From the NCBI GenBank assembly GCA_040767965.1, contig JAXGNR010000005.1:160001-224000 (forward strand): a stretch of DNA of 64,000 nt, in the 5' to 3' direction. Below, piece by piece: positions 57,357-64,000 of this stretch. The DNA comes from Atribacterota bacterium (GTDB lineage: Bacteria; Atribacterota; Phoenicimicrobiia; Phoenicimicrobiales; Stramentimicrobiaceae). How positions within the stretch are numbered: the stretch's first letter is position 1; the number at the start of each line of letters is the position of its first letter. Under the pieces are notes generated by a model that saw only the letters and a list, made by a program, of their open reading frames with translations, did no database searches and had not been told where the DNA came from. The position numbers and the translations under genes were made by a program.

Positions 57357-57407
57357 AACAAAAGAAATTTTACTTTCTTTTTGTTGTACTAAAATAACTT
57401 AAAAAGA

Positions 57408-57442
57408 GCAATGGAGTGAAAGTTGTGCTTTCACTCCATTGC
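57408..57442 (+). terminator. 15-bp perfect hairpin between the SBP and permease genes
   Basis: GCAATGGAGTGAAAG-TTGTG-CTTTCACTCCATTGC with no strong U-tract; stabiliser or partial terminator. Confidence 0.7.
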
Positions 57443-57489
57443 ATTATGATATTTAAACATAGCTATGAAAAAAACAGGAGAAAAATATT

Positions 57490-58527
57490 ATGCTTTCCTA
57501 TATTATTAGACGATTGCTTATTCTCCCAATCATCTTGCTAGGAGTTAGCTTTTTAATATTTTGCTTATTTTCATTATTGAGTCCAATGGAAAGACTGGCA
57601 ACATATGTTAATAATCCCAGTGTTTTAAAAAACCCTCAAGCTGCACAAAGTTTGATTGCGAAATATCATTTAGATGATCCTTTTCCTGCTGGTTATTTTT
57701 ATTGGTTAAAATCATTGATAAAACTTGATTTTGGTTGGTCTCCTACCGCTAATCAGCCGGTTTGGGATGCAATTATGCAGAGGCTTCCTGCCACAATGGA
57801 ACTCGTTTTATATTCAATAATTCCGGTAATTATCATAGGAATATGGTTAGGTGTTATTTCTGCTGTGCATCATAATGGAATAATTGATCAAATTATTAGG
57901 GTAACAGCAATTATTGGCTGGTCTTTGCCCACATTTATTTTTGGTTTACTGGTATTATTTATATTTTACGGCTTATTGGGCTGGTTGCCCCCTGGTAGAC
58001 TAAGTACCTGGGCGCAATATATTGTTTATGCTGGTGATAGCTTTAAAACCTATACACATTTCATAACTATTGATGCGCTTCTCAATGGACGATTAGATAT
58101 TTTTTGGGATGCTTTAAAGCACCTTGTGGGACCAATCATTACTTTATCATATATTTCATGGGCTTATCTATTGCGAATTACCCGCTCAAGCATGCTTGAT
58201 ACTTTACGAAAAGATTATATAAGGACTGCACGAGCTAAAGGAGTTGACGAGAGAAAGGTTATTTACCTTCACGCAAGGAAAAATGCTATGATTCCTGTTA
58301 TAACTGTTGCTGGAATGATGATTATTGGAATGCTGGGAGGAGTAGTAATTACAGAAACTGTTTTTACTTACCCTGGACTAGGGTTTTGGGCAGCGTCTTC
58401 AGCTCAACAGTTAGATTACGGATCTGTAATTGGTTTTGCTTTATTATTTGCATTTATAATGGTTATTGGAAATTTATTGGTTGATGTTTCTTATGCTTTA
58501 ATTGATCCAAGAGTGAGGCTTGAGTAA
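57490..58527 (+). CDS. Opp/Dpp ABC permease (OppB-like)
   Basis: YIIRRLL, RLPATMEL, DYIRTARAKG, ITETVF, DPRVR. Confidence 0.92.
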   Translation: MLSYIIRRLLILPIILLGVSFLIFCLFSLLSPMERLATYVNNPSVLKNPQAAQSLIAKYHLDDPFPAGYFYWLKSLIKLDFGWSPTANQPVWDAIMQRLPATMELVLYSIIPVIIIGIWLGVISAVHHNGIIDQIIRVTAIIGWSLPTFIFGLLVLFIFYGLLGWLPPGRLSTWAQYIVYAGDSFKTYTHFITIDALLNGRLDIFWDALKHLVGPIITLSYISWAYLLRITRSSMLDTLRKDYIRTARAKGVDERKVIYLHARKNAMIPVITVAGMMIIGMLGGVVITETVFTYPGLGFWAASSAQQLDYGSVIGFALLFAFIMVIGNLLVDVSYALIDPRVRLE

Positions 58528-59470
58528 GAAGATGAATCGTATAATCAGAAAATTATTTAGTAATACTACCTCATTAATAGGTTTGATACTACTTTTTATT
58601 TTCATAACTATAGCAATATTCGCCCCTTTTATTGCTCCTCCTTTATTTATTTCAGACCCTTACCAAATACCAAGAATGTCCTGGGATGTTGAGCCGCAAC
58701 CTCCGGGATTTCCCATGTCAGAAGATATAAGATTAATCTATGATAGTTTAGAACAACCCGTTGTCAGAGAAACTGCTATCTTTGGTACTGCCCAGGGTGG
58801 GTATGATATTTTTTATGGACTTATCTGGGGAACAAGAACAGCTTTTCGTATCGGCATAATTACAGTTACTTTATCAATGCTAATTGGAATAATAAGTGGT
58901 TCAATAGCTGCATATTTTGGTGGCTGGATTGATGAATTGCTGATGCGAATTACTGACATTTTTTTATCAATTCCTTTTCTTGTTGCTGCAATGGTATTAA
59001 CTACTATTCTGGGAAGAGGATTAGATAAAGTTATGGTCGCACTTATAGCGTTTGGCTGGATGGGTTATGCAAGAGTTATCAGGGGCAGTATCTTATGTGT
59101 AAAAGAAGAGGTTTATATTAATGCTGCTAAGGCATTAGGGGTAAACGATTTTAATATTATCATAAGACATTTGCTTCCAAATACAATTTTCCCTGTAATG
59201 GTACAGGCAAGCATGAACATAGGATCAATGGTAATTACAGCAGCAGCTTTAAGCTTTTTAGGTGTTGGAGCGCCTCTGGGTTATGCAGATTGGGGTCAAA
59301 TGGTCAGCTTTGCACGTAACTGGATTGTCGGTTCTCCTGGCAATGCCGGAGAATACTGGTATGCAGTTTTTTTCCCATCATTATTTATTGTGCTTTTTGT
59401 TCTTGCCTGGAACTTAGTAGGAGATACATTGCGGGATATTTTAGATCCTCGTTTAAGAGGTGAGCTATGA
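58520..59470 (+). CDS. Opp/Dpp ABC permease (OppC-like)
   Basis: GTRTAFRIG, YINAAKALG, RHLLPN, ALSFLGVG, GDTLRDILDP. Confidence 0.92.
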   Translation: MSKKMNRIIRKLFSNTTSLIGLILLFIFITIAIFAPFIAPPLFISDPYQIPRMSWDVEPQPPGFPMSEDIRLIYDSLEQPVVRETAIFGTAQGGYDIFYGLIWGTRTAFRIGIITVTLSMLIGIISGSIAAYFGGWIDELLMRITDIFLSIPFLVAAMVLTTILGRGLDKVMVALIAFGWMGYARVIRGSILCVKEEVYINAAKALGVNDFNIIIRHLLPNTIFPVMVQASMNIGSMVITAAALSFLGVGAPLGYADWGQMVSFARNWIVGSPGNAGEYWYAVFFPSLFIVLFVLAWNLVGDTLRDILDPRLRGEL

Positions 59471-60501
59471 TGCAAAAAGATAAGAATAAAATATTACAGA
59501 TTAAAGGCCTTAAAACATATTTTTTTACTGAGAATGGAGTTGTAAAAGCTGTTGACGGTGTTGATTTTGAAGTTTACCAGGGTGAAACATTGGGTATTGT
59601 TGGTGAATCAGGATGTGGAAAAAGCATTACTGCTTTTTCTATTATGAGGCTGCTTGATTACCCTGGGAAAATAGTTGAAGGTCAAATCATATTTAAAGAA
59701 GAAAATTTGCTTCAAAAAAGTGAAAAACAGATGAGACAAATAAGAGGAAAAGATATTTCTATGATTTTTCAGGAACCTATGACTTCCTTAAATCCTGTTC
59801 TTACAATTGGTTTTCAGATATCTGAATCATTAGAAGTACATTTTAGAATGGATAAAGCTAAAGCAAGAAAAAGAGCGTTAGAATTATTGGAAAAAGTTGG
59901 CATTCCTATTCCTGAACAGCGAGTTGATGAATACCCTCATCAGTTAAGCGGAGGTATGAGACAGAGAGCAGTGATCGCTATGGCTTTAGCCTGCGATCCC
60001 GCCCTCCTGATAGCCGATGAGCCGACTACTTCTTTAGATGTTACCATACAAGCTCAGATATTAGATTTAATGAAATCACTTTTAGAGCAATTTAACAGCT
60101 CTTTAATGATGATAACACATGACCTGGGAGTTATTGCAGAAATTGCTGATAGAATTGCGGTTATGTATGCCGGTAAAATAGTGGAGTACGCTGCTACCCG
60201 CTCCATTTTTTACTCACCCGGGCATCCCTATACTTTTGGTTTATTAACATCAATTCCAAGACTAGATATGGATGTTAAAAAATTAGAATCAATTCCTGGA
60301 ATTGTTCCTGATCCGCTTAATTTTCCAGAAGGGTGCAAATTCCACCCACGATGTGTTTTTGCCACTGAAAAATGTATCAAGGAAGAACCTCCATTAACTA
60401 AAATTACACAAGATCATTATGTTCGCTGCTGGAATACTGAGCAGGTTAACCAGGAAGCAAAGAAAATAATATTTTCCGGGAGGTTATCAAAAAATGGCTG
60501 A
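59467..60501 (+). CDS. Opp/Dpp ABC ATPase (OppD-like)
   Basis: [30 protein letters not shown]. Confidence 0.94.
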   Translation: MMQKDKNKILQIKGLKTYFFTENGVVKAVDGVDFEVYQGETLGIVGESGCGKSITAFSIMRLLDYPGKIVEGQIIFKEENLLQKSEKQMRQIRGKDISMIFQEPMTSLNPVLTIGFQISESLEVHFRMDKAKARKRALELLEKVGIPIPEQRVDEYPHQLSGGMRQRAVIAMALACDPALLIADEPTTSLDVTIQAQILDLMKSLLEQFNSSLMMITHDLGVIAEIADRIAVMYAGKIVEYAATRSIFYSPGHPYTFGLLTSIPRLDMDVKKLESIPGIVPDPLNFPEGCKFHPRCVFATEKCIKEEPPLTKITQDHYVRCWNTEQVNQEAKKIIFSGRLSKNG

Positions 60502-61459
60502 AGCATTAATTGGTATTAAAAAATTAGTAAAATACTTTCCTATTAAAAAAGGTGTTTTTAAAAAGACAGTTGGTTGGGTGAAAGCTATTGACGGTATCAG
60601 CTTTGATATTTATGCTGGAGAAACTCTTGGACTTGTTGGGGAATCTGGTTGCGGAAAATCAACTACTGCTATGACAATTCTTCGCCTGGAAGAACCCACC
60701 AGTGGAGATATACTGTTCCAGGGTAAAAATCTTACCAAAATAAAGAAAAACCAAATGCGAAAATACCGAAAGGACTTACAGATAATATTTCAAGATCCAT
60801 ATAGCTCTCTTGACCCTAGAATGAAAGTAAAAAATATTATAGCTGAAGGACTGTCTGCTCACAATGTTTATAACACTAAAAAGAGTTTTCAAAAAGTAGG
60901 AGAATTACTGGAAAAAGTTGGAATTGTGCCCGAATACATGGATCGTTTTCCGCATGAATTTAGTGGAGGACAAAGACAAAGAATCGGTATTGCCAGAGCG
61001 CTAGCCTTAAATCCTAAACTGATTATTTGCGATGAGGCTGTTTCAGCTCTTGATGTATCCATACGATCTCAGATAATTAATTTATTTAAGGATTTGCAAA
61101 AAGAATTCAATCTGACATATCTTTTTATTGCACATGATTTAAGCGTAATTAAATATATTAGCGATAGAGTTGCAGTTATGTATTTAGGTAAAATAGTGGA
61201 AATCGCACCTAAGGATATTTTTTTCCAAAAAACTCTACATCCTTATGCACAAGCATTAATTTCGGCTGTCCCAGTTCCTAACCCTGATTATAAAAAAGAA
61301 AGAATTCTTCTAACCGGAGATGTTCCTAGTCCTGCCAATCCTCCAAAAGGATGCTATTTTCATCCCAGATGTCCAAAAGTTATGCCAATTTGCTCTAAAG
61401 AGGAACCTATCTTAAGAGAAATTGAAAAAAACCATTTCACAGCTTGTCATTTGTATTAA
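60494..61459 (+). CDS. Opp/Dpp ABC ATPase (OppF-like)
   Basis: [40 protein letters not shown]. Confidence 0.94.
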   Translation: MAEALIGIKKLVKYFPIKKGVFKKTVGWVKAIDGISFDIYAGETLGLVGESGCGKSTTAMTILRLEEPTSGDILFQGKNLTKIKKNQMRKYRKDLQIIFQDPYSSLDPRMKVKNIIAEGLSAHNVYNTKKSFQKVGELLEKVGIVPEYMDRFPHEFSGGQRQRIGIARALALNPKLIICDEAVSALDVSIRSQIINLFKDLQKEFNLTYLFIAHDLSVIKYISDRVAVMYLGKIVEIAPKDIFFQKTLHPYAQALISAVPVPNPDYKKERILLTGDVPSPANPPKGCYFHPRCPKVMPICSKEEPILREIEKNHFTACHLY

Positions 61460-61558
61460 CACTTCAGTATTTTTACATTTTCTCTGTTAAACAACATTAA
61501 ATCAAATTGTGTATATTTACATTTTATGTTAAAATTGTTCTCGAATCGGCAAATACGA

Positions 61559-61631
61559 GCGCCCGTAGCTCAATGGATAGAGCAGGGGCTTCCTAAGCCC
61601 CGTGTTGGAAGTTCGACTCTTCTCGGGCGCT
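61559..61631 (+). tRNA. tRNA-Arg (CCT), CCA not encoded
   Basis: Acceptor GCGCCCG/CGGGCGC, anticodon arm GGGGC-TTCCTAA-GCCCC, GTTCGAC T-loop. Confidence 0.9.
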
Positions 61632-61715
61632 CCTTTTTGTATTTATTATATGATCTTATTAACGCTTAAGATCTATTTATACCAGAAACATGATAGGTAA
61701 GAGAGGAAGATTAAG

Positions 61716-63401
61716 TTGAATAAAAAAGTCAATGAAGATCTGAAACAAATAATAAAAGATGCTGTCCAAAATATGCCCAGGAAAAATAAAGTAAATATAG
61801 AGAAATTTCCAAATATTATTTTGACTACTCCTAAAAATTCTGAACATGGACATTTATCTACTAACATTGCATTGCAATTGCAAAATATTTTTAAAGAAAA
61901 ATCAATGATCCTTGCAAATATAATTGTTCAAGAAATACAAAAAAAAGATACAGGAATTTTAGAGAAAGCAGAAATAGCAGAACCAGGTTTTATTAATTTT
62001 TACCTAAAAAACAATGTTTTTTTTCAAATATTGAACGAAATAATGAGTAAAAAAGAACAATATGGCAAGTCAAATATAGGTAATAACAAAAAAATACTAA
62101 TAGAATTTGTTAGCGTGAACCCTACAGGGCCATTACATGTAGGACACGGAAAATGTGCTGCAGTAGGGGATGCCCTTGCTAAAATACTTTCTAAAGCTGG
62201 ATATCAGGTTTCAACTGAATACTATATAAATGATCACGGTAGGCAAATGGATATTCTGGGAAAATCTGTTTTTGCACGTTATCGGATACTATCTGGGGAA
62301 GACGTTTCATTTCCGGAAAATGGATATAAAGGTGATTATATAACAGCATTAGCTAAAGAAATTATAGAAAAACACAATTACAGGTTTATAGGTAAGAATA
62401 ATACAGAAACAATACAGTTTTTTAAAGAATATGCCCATAAAAAAATAATTACAGATATAAGGAAAGATCTTGTTTCTTTTGGAGTTGAGTTTGATAATTG
62501 GTTTAGCGAAGAAACTCTCTATTCTGATGACAAAGTAAGACCAGTTATTAATAGGCTGTTAGAAGAAAAACATATTTATCAGCAGGATGGTGCATTATGG
62601 TTTAAATCAACTGCATGTGGTGATGAAAAAGACAGAGTTGTAGTCAGAGAAAGCGGAGAACCAACATATTTTGCTTCTGATATTGCCTACCATGAAGATA
62701 AATACAAAAGGGGATTTGAAACACTAATTGACATATGGGGTGCTGACCATCATGGTTATGTGAAAAGAATGAAGGCAGTGATAGATGCTTTAGGATATGA
62801 TATTGACTCATTTCAAGTATTATTAGTACAGTTTGTTACTTTGATTAAAGAAGGTAAAATAGTTGGAATGAGCACCAGGGGTGGTGAATTTGTAAGATTA
62901 AAGGATCTTATTTCAGAAGTAGGTAAAGACGTAGCAAGATATTTCTTTTTAATGCATAGCCATGATAGCCATACAGAATTTGATTTAGATATAGCCAAAT
63001 CCCAATCCATGGAAAATCCAGTATTTTACATACAATATGCATATGCCAGAATATGCAGTATAATAGAAAAAGGGAAAAATGAAAAAATTGATATTAGTGA
63101 AGAATCTGGAATAGATCTTGATTTATCTTTGTTAAAAAGTAAAGAAGAAATTGAATTAATAAAAAAACTGGCTAATTATAGAAAAATTATTGAAAGAAGC
63201 GCTATATATTGGAGACCATATCTGGTAGCTAGTTATTTGCACGAATTAGCATCTATATTCCATAAATACTACACAGAGTACAAAGTAATAAATCCAGATA
63301 TTAATTTAACAAAATCACGTTTATATCTAATCCATGCAACAAAAATTGTACTAAAAGATGCCCTGAAATTATTAGGAGTAGAAGCTCCAGAAAAAATGTA
63401 A
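61716..63401 (+). CDS. argS: Arginine--tRNA ligase
   Basis: EFVSVNPTGPLHVGH, YFASDIAYH, MSTRGG, YIQYAYARI, APEKM. Confidence 0.97.
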   Translation: MNKKVNEDLKQIIKDAVQNMPRKNKVNIEKFPNIILTTPKNSEHGHLSTNIALQLQNIFKEKSMILANIIVQEIQKKDTGILEKAEIAEPGFINFYLKNNVFFQILNEIMSKKEQYGKSNIGNNKKILIEFVSVNPTGPLHVGHGKCAAVGDALAKILSKAGYQVSTEYYINDHGRQMDILGKSVFARYRILSGEDVSFPENGYKGDYITALAKEIIEKHNYRFIGKNNTETIQFFKEYAHKKIITDIRKDLVSFGVEFDNWFSEETLYSDDKVRPVINRLLEEKHIYQQDGALWFKSTACGDEKDRVVVRESGEPTYFASDIAYHEDKYKRGFETLIDIWGADHHGYVKRMKAVIDALGYDIDSFQVLLVQFVTLIKEGKIVGMSTRGGEFVRLKDLISEVGKDVARYFFLMHSHDSHTEFDLDIAKSQSMENPVFYIQYAYARICSIIEKGKNEKIDISEESGIDLDLSLLKSKEEIELIKKLANYRKIIERSAIYWRPYLVASYLHELASIFHKYYTEYKVINPDINLTKSRLYLIHATKIVLKDALKLLGVEAPEKM

Positions 63402-63406
63402 ATAAT

Positions 63407-64000
63407 ATGAAAGAAAATGTAGAAAATATTAAAAATTGTCGCTTTGTTATAATAACCGGACTTTCTGGTGCCGGCAAAAGCATTGCTATGAAATCATTGG
63501 AAGACTTAGGTTTTTTCTGTGTAGATAATATGCCTCCACAATTAATTCCAAAGTTTTCTGAAATGTTTTTACTTTCTCAGGGGAAATTATCACAAATAGC
63601 ATTTGTGGTTGACATACGAGGTGAAATATTTTTTAGAGAAATTGATCAATGCTTAAATGAACTTGCTGAAATTGGAATTCAGCCTGAAATCATATTTCTT
63701 GAAGCAAAAGATGAAGTTATTGTAAGAAGATTTAGTGAAACCAGAAGAAAACATCCATTACAATTTTCACAGAGTATCCTGGAAAATATCCAGCAGGAAA
63801 GAAAAAAAATAAATGAATTAAAATCAAAAGCAACTAAAATAATAGACACATCTAATCTTGAGACTAAAGAGTTAAAGCAGGAAATACAGAGTTTTTTTAA
63901 AACAGGTAACACTGTCGGGCTACACATAAGTTTAATGTCTTTTGGCTATAAATATGGAATGCCTATTGATGTTGATCTGATTATCGATGCCCGTTTTTTA
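63407..64000 (+). CDS. rapZ: RNase adapter RapZ/YvcJ, 3'-truncated by the window end
   Basis: Translated by hand from ATG 63407: FVIITGLSGAGKS...LEDLGFFCVDNMP...DIRG...RRFSETRRKHPL...SFGYKYG. Confidence 0.93.
   Translation, partial: MKENVENIKNCRFVIITGLSGAGKSIAMKSLEDLGFFCVDNMPPQLIPKFSEMFLLSQGKLSQIAFVVDIRGEIFFREIDQCLNELAEIGIQPEIIFLEAKDEVIVRRFSETRRKHPLQFSQSILENIQQERKKINELKSKATKIIDTSNLETKELKQEIQSFFKTGNTVGLHISLMSFGYKYGMPIDVDLIIDARFL

Overview
AT-rich bacterial chromosome segment with almost every gene on the + strand (murD is the only convincing minus-strand CDS). The 16S V4 sequence resembles my recollection of Atribacterota class JS1; this is an inference and was not searched. From left to right the window holds: (1) an N-ATPase operon atpDCQRBEFAG (atpD cut by the window start), followed closely by copA, a NifJ-type PFOR and a DHOD-like flavoprotein; (2) lgt, a 26-aa membrane ORF, a nitroreductase and a Lit-like transacylase; (3) an orphan proteasome-beta-like Ntn hydrolase and murD; (4) tRNA-Arg(ACG), tadA, tRNA-Ser, a 4.8-kb accessory islet, a second tRNA-Ser, a large SRP RNA, dnaX-ybaB-recR, porCDAB and pdxST; (5) a complete rrn operon (16S with a long helix-44 extension, tRNA-Ala, 23S, a heptamer-repeat spacer, 5S); (6) HAD-mutM-rnz, a ferredoxin, a ThiI-like PP-loop protein and a frameshifted mnmA; (7) a 3-gene operon (HTH regulator, uncharacterised enzyme, SPT-like alpha-oxoamine synthase); (8) greA, lysS, an S4-domain protein, mgtE, eno, a septum initiator, three tRNAs, tilS-hpt-ftsH, an Opp/Dpp ABC transporter, tRNA-Arg(CCT), argS and a partial rapZ. 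No CRISPR array, integrase or transposase was seen. The best candidates for new biology are the SPT-like operon, the lgt/small-protein/Lit cluster, the Ser1 proteasome-like protein and the 16S helix-44 insertion.
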